Source: an uncultured Christensenellaceae bacterium (GTDB lineage Bacteria > Bacillota > Clostridia > Christensenellales > UBA3700). From it: a stretch of 64,000 nucleotides of DNA. Of the stretch, positions 19,112-28,739 are shown piece by piece. Positions within the stretch are counted from its first letter, which is position 1; each line of letters opens with the position of its first letter. The position numbers and the translations under genes were made by a program. The stretch spans positions 7,868 to 71,867 of the forward strand of contig CALWBV010000006.1 in NCBI GenBank assembly GCA_944376205.1. The letters are read 5' to 3'. Under the pieces are notes generated by a model that searched no databases, had not been told where the DNA came from, and saw only the letters and a list, made by a program, of their open reading frames with translations.

Positions 19112-20098
19112 ATGGAACAAAAAATCAAACTTCTGAAAATCTACGATATGCTTGTAAGAGAGAGTGACGAAAATCACCCTCTCTCTACTTATGATATTAT
19201 CGACAGGCTTGCAAATGAGGGTATAAAAGTCGAACGCAAAACTCTCTATGACGATATCAATCTTCTGAACGCCAACGGTTTCGAAGTCAGACAAGTACGC
19301 CGTAAAAGCAATATGTATTATGTCGAAAAACGCGCTTTCGATATAGCCGAAGTGCGCATCCTCATGGACGCCGTTCAGGCGGCAAGTTTCATCACCCCGT
19401 CAAAGACCAAAATCCTCGTGGATAAAATCGCAGATCTTGCAGGTCCCCTCAAAGGCGAAGTCATCAAACGCAATATAGCAGTTTTCGACACTACAAAGCA
19501 TACCAACGAAAATATCTATCTCAACGTCTTTACTCTCAACGAAGCAATCATCGAAGGCAAAAAGATATCCTTCGAATATTTCCGCCTCGACGCCAAAGGC
19601 AGACGAATGAGAAGCAACGCCCAAAAACGGGTTTACACGGCAAGCCCTTTGGCTACTCTCCTGTCGGGTGACAACTATTATCTCGTTTGCGTAACCGATT
19701 CTCACCCCGACAGAATTTCCCACTACCGAATCGACAGAATGGACGATGTGCTTACTCTGCCGCAAGATATTCTCCTTGACGAAAAGTTCAAAGATTTTGA
19801 CATCCGCAAACAGAAAAAGCAATTGTTCGGTATGTTTCTGGGCGAAAGACGGGACGTTACAATGCAGATAAACAAGAATCTGGTCGAAGCCGTGTATGAC
19901 AAATTCGGAAGTAAAACACGCCTCACCCCCTACGGCGATACCTATAAATTTACCGCCGAAGTACAGATAAGCGACATGTTTTTCGGCTGGTGCTTTTCTC
20001 TGGGCGGCGCTTTGCAAATCCTTGCGCCGAGAGAAGTTTGTCTTATGTATCGAAGCAGACTTTTGGAAAGGCTCAAAGAATTGCCGGAAAAAGACTGA
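19112..20098 (+). CDS. HTH plus WYL-domain transcriptional regulator
   Basis: N-terminal winged-HTH (LSTYDIIDRLANEGIKVERKTLYDDINLL). The central WYL-type segment is ISFEYFRL...GDNYYLVCVTD...ISHYRIDRMDDV. The ATG is 30 nt after the GH20 stop. Confidence 0.8.
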   Translation: MEQKIKLLKIYDMLVRESDENHPLSTYDIIDRLANEGIKVERKTLYDDINLLNANGFEVRQVRRKSNMYYVEKRAFDIAEVRILMDAVQAASFITPSKTKILVDKIADLAGPLKGEVIKRNIAVFDTTKHTNENIYLNVFTLNEAIIEGKKISFEYFRLDAKGRRMRSNAQKRVYTASPLATLLSGDNYYLVCVTDSHPDRISHYRIDRMDDVLTLPQDILLDEKFKDFDIRKQKKQLFGMFLGERRDVTMQINKNLVEAVYDKFGSKTRLTPYGDTYKFTAEVQISDMFFGWCFSLGGALQILAPREVCLMYRSRLLERLKELPEKD

Positions 20099-20114
20099 TT
20101 GCAATTTCCAAAAA

Positions 20115-20150
20115 GGCGACGCACAAAATGCGCCGCCCTTATTATTCGCT
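20115..20150. terminator. Bidirectional terminator between convergent genes
   Basis: AAAAAGGCGACGCACAAAATGCGCCGCCCTTATTATT. The hairpin has one mismatch. It is preceded by an A-run and followed by T-rich sequence. Confidence 0.6.
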
Positions 20151-20257
20151 TTTACCTTTTTGCTTTTGCGTATATACGGTTTATTTTTCAATTCTCCACA
20201 GCTTTTGCAATGATAAATCCTCTATATGATATATGATTATCTTACAATCAAACTCCT

Positions 20258-20881
20258 TCAGCCTCGGTAAAGTCTCATTACAAGACTGTGCACGCATGCG
20301 GTAGCGCCGAGATGATCCAATCTTATCTCTTTGCTGTTTTCGCTCTTGTCGTAACTCAATATTTTATTGAGAATCAACGTCTGCGTCGTCATGATATCCA
20401 ACAAATCGTAAAGCGCTTGTCTCAAAGGCGCTGTCCTTGCCTGCGCTCTTATGTCCGTCGTCATATTGCAGAGATTTTTGACGTATATTTCGTTTTTGTC
20501 CTCAACAGTATAGATATATTGCAGATAATCTTTGTACTCACGGAAAAACCGCCTGTCAAGGTTGTTGATTATCGCACCTGCAAGCTCGCACAATTCACAG
20601 AATGTATAACATTCGTTGTGCATATATACGGGATAAGGCATTGTGAAGATATGACTCTTTGCAAATTGCTTGCCGACTCCTTTCTTTTCCCCGTCTGCAT
20701 CCTCGCCTGTAAGCTTGTTTTCCGTCTCCGATCGGTCATCGCCGCTGTCTTCCTGATTTTTCAATTGCCCCCCTGACATATCCGTATCTTGCTTTGACGG
20801 CATTATCCCCAGCTTTGAATACTCCTCGTTCATCTTCTCTATCTGCTCGTCGTCGGCAATAATATCTATATCCTCTCTCAT
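20258..20881 (-). CDS. Hypothetical protein (acidic disordered N-terminal half, Cys/Tyr-rich C-terminal domain)
   Basis: 207-aa ORF. No family recognised. Coding-like composition. Confidence 0.55.
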   Translation of the reverse strand: MREDIDIIADDEQIEKMNEEYSKLGIMPSKQDTDMSGGQLKNQEDSGDDRSETENKLTGEDADGEKKGVGKQFAKSHIFTMPYPVYMHNECYTFCELCELAGAIINNLDRRFFREYKDYLQYIYTVEDKNEIYVKNLCNMTTDIRAQARTAPLRQALYDLLDIMTTQTLILNKILSYDKSENSKEIRLDHLGATACVHSLVMRLYRG

Positions 20882-21021
20882 AAGTCCTCCCGCTTGTATA
20901 TTGCGTTTTACGTCTGTTATATAATATTTTAAGCCTTTTGCCGTTATGCCCCAAGCCGCCCAAAATCACAAATTCATGCGCGGTAGTTGCTTTTTTAATA
21001 TATATTGATTATAATATCTGT

Positions 21022-22668
21022 ATGGATAACAATTTGATGTCGCCCACGCAGTTGTGGGCAAATTACAATCAGGACGCCAGACTTAAATCCAAATTCCTGA
21101 AATACGAACGTTCAGGCGACTACACCGTCTTTGAAGCTTTTGTTTCCTCTCCGGACGAAGATAACGAAGATACGCTCGTATATTGTTACGGCAGACTGCC
21201 CAAAGAAGGCAAGTCCGCAACTTTGATTTATATCAACGGTTTTAATACACAACTCGAACAAGACGTTTTCGATACTTTTTCCCAAGACGGTTACAATGTG
21301 GTTTGTTTCGATTACAAGGGCGATTCGGAAAAGCGCCGCCATACGGTCTATCCCGAAAAACTGTCTTTTGCCAACTTTTCGCATTGCGACGGACATCTGT
21401 GCGGCTTTGAAAAATCCCCCAAAGATACTTGCGTATTCGTATGGAGCCGACTGTTGAGAGACATCATCTCTTTTGTCAAAAACATGCTCGGTCAAGATGA
21501 AAAAATATACCTCCTCTCCTCTGCGGAGGGCGGAAATATCCTGTGGCAGGTCGCAGGTACCGACAAACGAGTAGATGCGATTCTCGTTACCGACAACGCA
21601 GGCTGGCAGGATTGCAAAGGAATCTTCAAATATTCCGCAAGCCCCGAAGAATACGATTTCGGCGAAGACAAAGTCAAATTCATAAGCGCTTGCGCTCCTC
21701 AATCCTATGCAAAATACGTGAGTTGCCCCGTCTTTTACGTATCGGGCACCAACAGCCGACTGACAAGTATAGACAGAGTGGAAAACACACTCTCACTCAC
21801 AAATAACGACAAAGCCAACCATACCTGTTTTTGCGCCAACTTAAGCACTGCCGTTTCGGACAGAGCACGCAAAGCCATGAGTATCTGGCTCGACAATATC
21901 TATTCTGGCACCCCTATGCCTAAATCTCCTGTCATTACGCTCGAAGAAGACGAACATACTCTCGTCGCTAAAGCCGACTTCGACAACTCGCAGGAAGCGG
22001 AAATGCTCGTATTGTTTTACAGTTACAACGAGGTCAACAGCGAACTTCGACATTGGAACAGAATTATACTTTCCACGGCTTCGCCCGTCTCCGAAATTCC
22101 CCTGCGCAGCGACGACAAGAGAGTTTTCGCTTTTTGTTCGGTATTTTATAAAGACGGTCAATACTATTCGTCTCTGCCTAAAATGTTCGATGCCTCGGAC
22201 AAAGATCTCGTCCGTATATCTCCCAAACGTTCGCATATAATCTATGAGAGAAAGATGGGCGTCAACGTATGGGCGGTGGACGACTCCACAGGCGCATACT
22301 ACGGCCCCGAACTCAAAAGCGGCGCTTTCGACATAATGGGCGTTACCGCTCCCAAAGGAAACCTCTCTACTTATATTCTCGGCGACAACAGATTCGAAAG
22401 CAACGATGACAGCATCCTGCAATTCGATTGTTATTGCGATACCGCACGTGAACTTATCGTTGAATTGTGCGTAGAAACAGGCAAAGCAACTTATGAATTT
22501 TATTCGGCAACAGCTTCGTTAAACGGCGGCGAATGGCATAAAATAGCTTTGCACCATACCGACTTCAAGACAAAAGAACTCGTACCTCTCAAAAACTGGG
22601 AACACGTCAAAAAACTTTCTTTTGTCAAAATCGACGGCACTTTGGTAAGCAATCTCATATGGATTTGA
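21022..22668 (+). CDS. Hypothetical protein, N-terminal alpha/beta-hydrolase-like region with non-canonical nucleophile elbow
   Basis: ORF 20938..22668, start set at MDNNLMSPTQLW. TLIYINGF...VVCFDYKGDS...IYLLSSAEGGNILW resembles esterase-type folds, but GxSxG is replaced by SSAEG. The C-terminal half is unrecognised. Confidence 0.55.
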   Translation: MDNNLMSPTQLWANYNQDARLKSKFLKYERSGDYTVFEAFVSSPDEDNEDTLVYCYGRLPKEGKSATLIYINGFNTQLEQDVFDTFSQDGYNVVCFDYKGDSEKRRHTVYPEKLSFANFSHCDGHLCGFEKSPKDTCVFVWSRLLRDIISFVKNMLGQDEKIYLLSSAEGGNILWQVAGTDKRVDAILVTDNAGWQDCKGIFKYSASPEEYDFGEDKVKFISACAPQSYAKYVSCPVFYVSGTNSRLTSIDRVENTLSLTNNDKANHTCFCANLSTAVSDRARKAMSIWLDNIYSGTPMPKSPVITLEEDEHTLVAKADFDNSQEAEMLVLFYSYNEVNSELRHWNRIILSTASPVSEIPLRSDDKRVFAFCSVFYKDGQYYSSLPKMFDASDKDLVRISPKRSHIIYERKMGVNVWAVDDSTGAYYGPELKSGAFDIMGVTAPKGNLSTYILGDNRFESNDDSILQFDCYCDTARELIVELCVETGKATYEFYSATASLNGGEWHKIALHHTDFKTKELVPLKNWEHVKKLSFVKIDGTLVSNLIWI

Positions 22669-22672
22669 CTTT

Positions 22673-22882
22673 ATGATAAAATTGAGCGAACTCAAACAGA
22701 ACGATACAGTCGTCACAAAGAAAAATCACCCCTGCGGCAACAACCGCTGGAAAATCGTATCAACGGGCGTAGACTTCAAACTGTGTTGCACTAAATGTGC
22801 GCACACCGTCATTATGCCCGCCGAAACACTCCGTAAATCTATAAAATCAGTAGAGTCTTCGGGCTCCGACAGCGAGGCGTGA
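22673..22882 (+). CDS. DUF951 family protein
   Basis: 69 aa. KKNHPCGNNRWKIVSTGVDFKLCCTKCAHTVIMP matches the DUF951 pattern (HPCG...W...G.D..L.C..C...V). Confidence 0.8.
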   Translation: MIKLSELKQNDTVVTKKNHPCGNNRWKIVSTGVDFKLCCTKCAHTVIMPAETLRKSIKSVESSGSDSEA

Positions 22883-23476
22883 ATGCAAGAAGAGATTGAG
22901 AAATACTCGTATATCCCCGACGATAAAAAGCAGAAAAAATATACCGCACTCAATATTTTTCTCATTGTCGTCATAATAATTCTCTTTATACTTCTGATAG
23001 TGTTTTCCACTGCTTTTACAACTATGGTAGTGGAAGGCGAAAGCATGTACCCTACACTCGTCGACGACGACAAAGTGTTTTTGCAGACTTACGGCTACAA
23101 GCTCAACCGAGGGGATTTGATCGTTTTTGCCCGTCCCAACGATAAAAACGCCATCAAACGCATAATTGCCGTCGGCGGCGATACCGTCGCTTGCGACATC
23201 GAAAACAAAGTCTGGATAATCAACGGCACTCCGCTCGAAGAACCCTACTTCAACGGCGAGTACAGCGACAATTATTTTGATAAAATGTATGACAAAGAAG
23301 CCATCTGCGGCGAAGGCATTACCGTCCCTCAAGGCTATCTTTTCGTACTCGGCGACAACAGAAACATTAAAAAGACCAATGAAAGCGATGAGCAAAATCC
23401 TATCTCTGTCGACAGCCACATTTACGGTCCTATATCGGTTGACAGCGTAATAGGCAAGGTGTTGAGCGTGTACTGA
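22883..23476 (+). CDS. lepB: Signal peptidase I
   Basis: VVEGESMYPTL (catalytic Ser), GDLIVF, IKRIIAVGGDTV (catalytic Lys) and VLGDNRN boxes. Confidence 0.9.
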   Translation: MQEEIEKYSYIPDDKKQKKYTALNIFLIVVIIILFILLIVFSTAFTTMVVEGESMYPTLVDDDKVFLQTYGYKLNRGDLIVFARPNDKNAIKRIIAVGGDTVACDIENKVWIINGTPLEEPYFNGEYSDNYFDKMYDKEAICGEGITVPQGYLFVLGDNRNIKKTNESDEQNPISVDSHIYGPISVDSVIGKVLSVY

Positions 23477-23724
23477 CATAAGAAAAACTTGCGTCGCAAG
23501 CAAACCGATAAAAAGTTTGTGCATGCGGCTTTCCCTATTGCCCGTTTCGCATTACTGAATGATTATAAAAATCATAGCCGTTTTATCGCAGCCTGTACGA
23601 TAACTTTTATTTCACAGGTAAGCGAAACATACCGTGTGACGGTTTGTAACCCTTACGGCATACAAAACAAAATACAATTTTATTACGTCGGACAAGCTCC
23701 GATCACACTTTAAGGAGAAATTCT

Positions 23725-24015
23725 ATGAAAGCAATAGTTTCCGTTATCGGCAAGGACAAACGCGGCATTATCGCAAAAGTCTCTGCCTGCCTCTATGAGA
23801 TGGATATCAATATCGAAAACATCTCCCAGACTATCATGCAGGACTATTTTACGATGATAATGGCTGTCGACCTCGCCCAGAGTCAACTCAAATTCGACGC
23901 CATCAAAGACAAACTCAACTCTCTCGGCAACGATATGGGTCTCGAAATCCACATCCAGCTGCAAAGCATATTCGACAGTATGCACCAGTTAGACACAACG
24001 TCAAAGGGGCTTTGA
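23725..24015 (+). CDS. ACT domain-containing protein (UPF0237 type)
   Basis: [47 protein letters not shown]. It has the classic pairing with the following UPF0210 gene. Confidence 0.85.
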   Translation: MKAIVSVIGKDKRGIIAKVSACLYEMDINIENISQTIMQDYFTMIMAVDLAQSQLKFDAIKDKLNSLGNDMGLEIHIQLQSIFDSMHQLDTTSKGL

Positions 24016-24016
24016 T

Positions 24017-25366
24017 ATGTACTCAAGCAACGAAATTATAGAAACTATAAATATGATATCCCAACAGCACCTCGACGTACGTACGATTACGCTCGGGATA
24101 TCCCTTTTGGACTGTATTACGGACAGTAAAAAACGTACTGCCGATAAGATCTACGATAAGATCATGTCCAAAGCCAAAAATCTCGTCAAAATCGGCAACG
24201 ACATCTCTAGCGAAATAGGCGTGCCTATCGTCAACAAACGTATATCAGTTACGCCCGTAAGCCTCGTCGCAGCCGCCAGCAAAGGACATCTCGAAATTAT
24301 CCGTACTCTCGACAAGATAGCCGACGAAACGGGTATAGACTTTTTGGGCGGCTACTCCGCTCTCGTACATAAGGCAATGACGCCCTATGAAAAAGAATTT
24401 ATACTCTCCATTCCCGAAGCGCTTTCGACGACGGGTAAAATCTGTTCGTCCGTCAACGTCGCAACTTCAAAAGCAGGCATAAATATGGACGCCGTCGCTC
24501 TCATGGGTAAAATCGTCAAGGACTGCGCTTACCGCACAAAAGACAACGATTCCCTCGCTTGCGCAAAACTCGTCGTATTCGCAAACGCCGTAGAGGATAA
24601 CCCCTTCATGGCAGGCGCTTTCCTCGGTACGGGTGAAGACGATACCGTCGTCAACGTAGGCGTATCCGGTCCCGGCGTGGTAAAAACAGCTCTCGAAAAA
24701 GTCGACGGAGACCTCACTGAAGTCGCAGAATGCATCAAACAGACAGCATTCAAAATCACCCGTGTAGGTCAGCTCGTCGCAAAAGAGGCAAGCAAACGTC
24801 TTAATGCAAGTTTCGGTATTGTCGACCTCTCCCTTGCTCCCACTCCCGTAGTAGGCGACAGCGTGGCTCACATACTCGAAGAAATAGGTCTCGAAAGCGT
24901 TGGCGCTTGCGGTACTACCGCTTGTCTCGCCATGCTCAACGACGCCGTCAAAAAAGGCGGTATCATGGCTTGTAGCAGCGTAGGCGGATTGTCTGGCGCA
25001 TTTATACCCGTATCGGAAGACGCAGGCATGATAAGAGCTGCCGAAACAGGTGCGCTCAATATCGAAAAACTCGAAGCCATGACTGCCGTATGCTCGGTCG
25101 GTCTGGATATGATAGCTATACCGGGAGATACTCCCGCAGAAGTTATCTCGGGAATTATTGCAGACGAAATCGCTATCGGCGTGGTAAATACCAAGACGAC
25201 TGCCGTAAGAGTTATTCCCGTATACGGCAAGAAAGCGGGCGAATATGCAGAATTCGGCGGACTTTTGGGACGTGCTCCTATCATGAACGTAAATACCAAT
25301 TCTCCTCTGAAATTCATATCGAGAGGCGGAAGGATTCCGGCGCCTTTGCACAGCAACAAAAACTAA
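24017..25366 (+). CDS. UPF0210 / DUF711 (PFL4669-type) protein
   Basis: 449 aa. The N-terminus [27 protein letters not shown] is typical of UPF0210. Confidence 0.85.
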   Translation: MYSSNEIIETINMISQQHLDVRTITLGISLLDCITDSKKRTADKIYDKIMSKAKNLVKIGNDISSEIGVPIVNKRISVTPVSLVAAASKGHLEIIRTLDKIADETGIDFLGGYSALVHKAMTPYEKEFILSIPEALSTTGKICSSVNVATSKAGINMDAVALMGKIVKDCAYRTKDNDSLACAKLVVFANAVEDNPFMAGAFLGTGEDDTVVNVGVSGPGVVKTALEKVDGDLTEVAECIKQTAFKITRVGQLVAKEASKRLNASFGIVDLSLAPTPVVGDSVAHILEEIGLESVGACGTTACLAMLNDAVKKGGIMACSSVGGLSGAFIPVSEDAGMIRAAETGALNIEKLEAMTAVCSVGLDMIAIPGDTPAEVISGIIADEIAIGVVNTKTTAVRVIPVYGKKAGEYAEFGGLLGRAPIMNVNTNSPLKFISRGGRIPAPLHSNKN

Positions 25367-25369
25367 ATA

Positions 25370-25613
25370 TGCGAACGCATATAGCGGCGCATATTTGCGA
25401 TTTTGCGCAAGCAGTTGCGCTCGGTTACGTACGCCTAGTACGCTCCGCTCGCGAACTCTCTTCAAAACCGCAACTCTACACCACTCTCCGCGCTCGCACG
25501 AAGTGGGTAATATAATGACGCTTGCGCACTTACGTATATACAATATGCGCCTTTACGGGCGACCTTGAAAAAGCCAACTCTACATCCTTCTCCAAGGTCG
25601 CACGAAGTGGGTA
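25370..25613 (-). repeat. Intergenic repeat family, two units read tail-to-head on the plus strand
   Basis: ...GTTACGTACGCCTAGTACGCTCCGCTCGCGAACTCTCTTCAAAACCGCAACTCTACACCACTCTCCGCGCTCGCACGAAGTGGGT, then ...GGGCGACCTTGAAAAAGCCAACTCTACATCCTTCTCCAAGGTCGCACGAAGTGGGT. It begins right after the UPF0210 stop. Confidence 0.85.
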
Positions 25614-25700
25614 AAAAATTCAAAAGCCCTATTGCAAATCAATGTATGCAGCTGCATTATTGACAAGCGAGGTGCACGACTTATACACGAAGCAACTTTT

Positions 25701-25739
25701 AATTTATACAATTTAAGCCTTAAGTAAATTGTATAAATT
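25701..25739. repeat. 39-nt AT-rich perfect hairpin (copy 1 of 3)
   Basis: AATTTATACAATTTA-AGCCTTAAG-TAAATTGTATAAATT. 15-bp arms and a 9-nt loop. Confidence 0.9.
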
Positions 25740-25761
25740 ATTTTATATAAGAAATATATAT

Positions 25762-26114
25762 AGGAAGCCAAGCCATTGGAGAGTGCTGTGATTTTGTGAA
25801 TTTTCAGCGGTTGTCCCAATCATAAGCGTAACTAATACGTGCTTGTATACAAACAATAGAAAGTAACTCTAAATCTAAAAAGGAAGAGCCGTCGGAGATT
25901 GGTGCGATTTTTGCTTTTCTAAGACCGAGTGCGACAGGAGCGTACTTGTCAGAAAAGACACACTAATATAAAAATATAAAGGAAGTAAAGCCCTTGGAGA
26001 TTGGTGCAGAGTTGCGGTTTTGAAGAGAGTTCACGAGGGAGCGTACTTCTAGTACGTGACCGAGCGTAACTACTCGCACAAAACCGCAAATATGTGCCGA
26101 TATACAAGGGCGCA
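25762..26114 (+). repeat. Intergenic repeat family, three units (two degenerate) read head-to-tail on the plus strand
   Basis: The heads are CCATTGGAGAGTGCTGTG, CGTCGGAGATTGGTGCG and CCCTTGGAGATTGGTGCAGAG. The last unit ends ...AAATATGTGCCGATATACAAGGGCGC, 8 nt before the rlmB ATG. Confidence 0.75.
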
Positions 26115-26121
26115 CAAGAAT

Positions 26122-26847
26122 ATGAAAATAGAAGGAAGAAACCCCCTAACCGAAGCCCTCGATTCTGACATCAAAATATCGAGGATCTACGTATCGAAGA
26201 CTGCACACGATTTGCAGCCTTTGATTGACAAGGCAAAAAACAAAAAGATCCGCATAGACTTTGTGGACAGAGCTTTCCTGGACAAAATGAGCGAAAGCAA
26301 ACGCCATCAAGGAATTATCGCTGTGAGCGAAGAATACAGCTACGCAACTATTGAAGACATTCAGCAAGTCGCAAAACAAAAGGGCGAAAAACTCTTTGTG
26401 CTTATTCTCGATTCTATCGAAGACCCTCACAATCTCGGCAGTATCATAAGAGTAGCTGAATGCGCAGGCGCACACGGTATTATCATACCTTCACGCAGAA
26501 GCGCAAGCGTAAACGCTACCGTTTTGCGCACCTCGGCAGGCGCAGCTAACCATATAAAAGTCGCTATGGTCGGCAATATCAACGACGCTATCCGACAGCT
26601 CAAGGACGACTTCGTCAATGTCTATTGCGCCGATATGCAAGGCACTACCCTGTACGACTGCCGTTTTGACGAAGACGTGGCAATCGTCATAGGCAACGAG
26701 GGCGACGGCGTAAAAGCACTTACCGCCAAACTCTGCAATCACGTGGTATCTATACCCCAATTCGGCAAAGTAAATTCACTCAATGCGTCGGTGGCTTGCG
26801 GGATTATTTGTTATGAAGTCATCCGTCAAAGGCGCAACCTTGTATAA
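26122..26847 (+). CDS. rlmB: 23S rRNA (guanosine-2'-O)-methyltransferase RlmB (SpoU/TrmH family)
   Basis: MKIEGRNPLTEAL..., DPHNLGSIIR, IGNEGDGV and SLNASVACGIICYE motifs. The upstream extension of the ORF to 26056 lies in repeat sequence and is rejected. Confidence 0.9.
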   Translation: MKIEGRNPLTEALDSDIKISRIYVSKTAHDLQPLIDKAKNKKIRIDFVDRAFLDKMSESKRHQGIIAVSEEYSYATIEDIQQVAKQKGEKLFVLILDSIEDPHNLGSIIRVAECAGAHGIIIPSRRSASVNATVLRTSAGAANHIKVAMVGNINDAIRQLKDDFVNVYCADMQGTTLYDCRFDEDVAIVIGNEGDGVKALTAKLCNHVVSIPQFGKVNSLNASVACGIICYEVIRQRRNLV

Positions 26848-27180
26848 GGGCGTGCCTTTGACTTTTTCTGCGACACTTCTGCTTAGTCACGTACGGCTAG
26901 TACGCTCCTTTCGCAGTCGGTCTGGAAAAAATAAAAATCACACTCTTCTCCAAGGTCGCATGAAGTAAACGATATAGCTGTGCGCTTTTGCGTGTGACCT
27001 AGAAAAAGAAAAATCACCCCGCTCTCTGTACTTGCGAAATACTTATAAAAAATTAGGTCGCATAAAGCAAACGATATAGCTGTGTGCTTTTGTGTGTGAC
27101 CTAGAAAAAGAAAAAATCACACCACTCTCCGCACTTGCAAGAAGTACAAAACGCACACTCTTCTCCACGGTCGTATAGTT
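26831..27180 (-). repeat. Intergenic repeat family, one full and about three partial units
   Basis: GGCGCAACCTTGTATAAGGGCGTGCC...AGTCACGTACGGCTAGTACGCTCCTTTCGCAGTCGGTCTGGAAAAAATAAAAATCACACTCTTCTCCAAGGTCGCATGAAGT, followed by partial units. The terminal palindrome contains the rlmB stop codon (26845-26847). Confidence 0.85.
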
Positions 27181-27316
27181 AATGTAATATCGACGGCTTA
27201 TGCAAGATAAAAAATAAATACTTAAAAACAAAAGTCGGCTGATGCCGACTATTATTTGCTTTGTAGTGTTTGTCTGTAAAGCTGAATATGCGAAAAATGC
27301 ACTTTGCAAACAATAA

Positions 27317-27874
27317 TTATTTATCCAAATCTTTTTTGAGTTTTCTTTTGATTTTTTGAAGGACGTTGTCTACGTATTTGGTGTTTTTGCCGAGACGGTC
27401 GGCTATCTCTTTGTAACTTATTCCTTCATAATAGCAATCTAGTATTTGCTTTTCCGAAGACGTAAGTCCCTTTTCTATAAGCTCGTGAAGGCTTTCGTCC
27501 TCCTCGGCTTTTATGGCTATTTCCTCGGGAGATTGTTCTGCCATTTTTCTGTCGTCAAGCACGCTGATAGGCACACTGTCCGTCAAAGGTTTGTGTTTGT
27601 TACGCTTGCTGTTGCGTCCGCAGTCCTTGATCCTGTTGCGAATACAACTCGTGGCATAAGTAGTAAATGCTATATTACTCGTCGTGTCGTAAGTCAGCAC
27701 GGCGTTGTAAAGCGCAATCATGCCCTCTTGTGCTATATCCTCGATATCCACTCCTTTTATAAAATACACTCTGGACAGCTTGTTGACCAACGCTTTGTAT
27801 TTTTCCATAAGCGTTTCAACGGCATTGACGTCGCCTTTGCGTATTCTCTCTATAAGCTGAATATCGTCGGTCAT
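27317..27874 (-). CDS. sigH: RNA polymerase sigma factor SigH-like (sporulation/stationary-phase sigma-70 family)
   Basis: IEDIAQEGMIALYNAV... and the C-terminal SYKEIADRLGKNTKYVDNVLQKIKRKL closely parallel Bacillus SigH. The start at 27874 overlaps the thyX stop as ATGA. Confidence 0.8.
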   Translation of the reverse strand: MTDDIQLIERIRKGDVNAVETLMEKYKALVNKLSRVYFIKGVDIEDIAQEGMIALYNAVLTYDTTSNIAFTTYATSCIRNRIKDCGRNSKRNKHKPLTDSVPISVLDDRKMAEQSPEEIAIKAEEDESLHELIEKGLTSSEKQILDCYYEGISYKEIADRLGKNTKYVDNVLQKIKRKLKKDLDK

Positions 27875-28620
27875 TTCTCGTACTTTGCAAGGATTTGTTT
27901 TTGTTTTGCTCTGACTTCTGCCGCCTTGCCGCAGGTCATCTTGCCTTCGCTGCACGCACCCGATACGCATGAAGCGCCGCAATCCGCAAATACGCTGGGA
28001 GCCACTTCGAGAACAAGTTCGAGCATTCTCCACGCAACCTCTCGTATTTCCCACTGCGCACGGTTGCAACATCTCAACTTGAAGAAATTGAAAAGTTCTC
28101 TTGCGTTCATGGTCACGATCATTTTAGTTTCGGCAGCGTTGGGAAGCACGAATCTGGCGTCCTCATTGGATTTTTCACACGCACCGCCTAGAAGAGTCTG
28201 CCACTCCGTGTACCAACCGTGCATGGTGTCCATCTGCTTTTTGAATTTGTCCACATATTCCTCGCCAAGCGCCTCAATGCTTTCGGGGATAACGTAATTG
28301 AACGTTTCGCCCGACTTATTGGCGTCGACGTATCTTTGGGACTTAACGCTGAAAGAAGCTATTCTGTGCCTCGTAATCTGCGCAAGCAAACTTCTGGATA
28401 CTCCCTCGATGCCGAAAGTGAAGTTGGCATGTTCGAAGGGAGAAGCGTGTCCGAACGATCTCAAACGTGCAATAAATTTTGCGATATTGGTTTCGTCGAG
28501 TCCCTCTTTGAGATTGGCTATCGTCGCATCGCTGTAACATAGCTTTGCAGCAAGTGCAATCGTACGTTCGGGATTGGGTGTATATTCCAAAAGCGTTACG
28601 CTGGGTTTTACCTGTGCCAT
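27871..28620 (-). CDS. thyX: FAD-dependent thymidylate synthase ThyX
   Basis: The ThyX motif RHRIASFSVKSQRY (RHRxxSxxxxSxR) is present. 249 aa. Confidence 0.92.
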   Translation of the reverse strand: MAQVKPSVTLLEYTPNPERTIALAAKLCYSDATIANLKEGLDETNIAKFIARLRSFGHASPFEHANFTFGIEGVSRSLLAQITRHRIASFSVKSQRYVDANKSGETFNYVIPESIEALGEEYVDKFKKQMDTMHGWYTEWQTLLGGACEKSNEDARFVLPNAAETKMIVTMNARELFNFFKLRCCNRAQWEIREVAWRMLELVLEVAPSVFADCGASCVSGACSEGKMTCGKAAEVRAKQKQILAKYEK

Positions 28621-28739
28621 AGTTTCCTCCGCTGTATGTGGTCTTTAATGCCTTTATATTCTACTTCATCGGGCAGGCTTTGTCAATCCTTTGCCGACTG
28701 TCATGCTCTACTTGTAAGTACTTGTGTTGTCTGTTGGTT

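Noticed and set aside
19112-22668. Calling the WYL-regulator neighbourhood a defence island or prophage remnant
   Set aside because: No nuclease, helicase, methyltransferase, integrase or phage structural genes are recognisable. The flanks are ordinary housekeeping genes (GH20, DUF951, lepB).
24467-25543. 358-aa minus-strand ORF
   Set aside because: It is a shadow of the UPF0210 gene, and its start lies inside repeat-family sequence.
26056-26121. N-terminal extension of rlmB to the ATG at 26056
   Set aside because: The extension is encoded entirely by repeat-family sequence. RlmB homology begins at MKIEGRNPLTEAL (26122).
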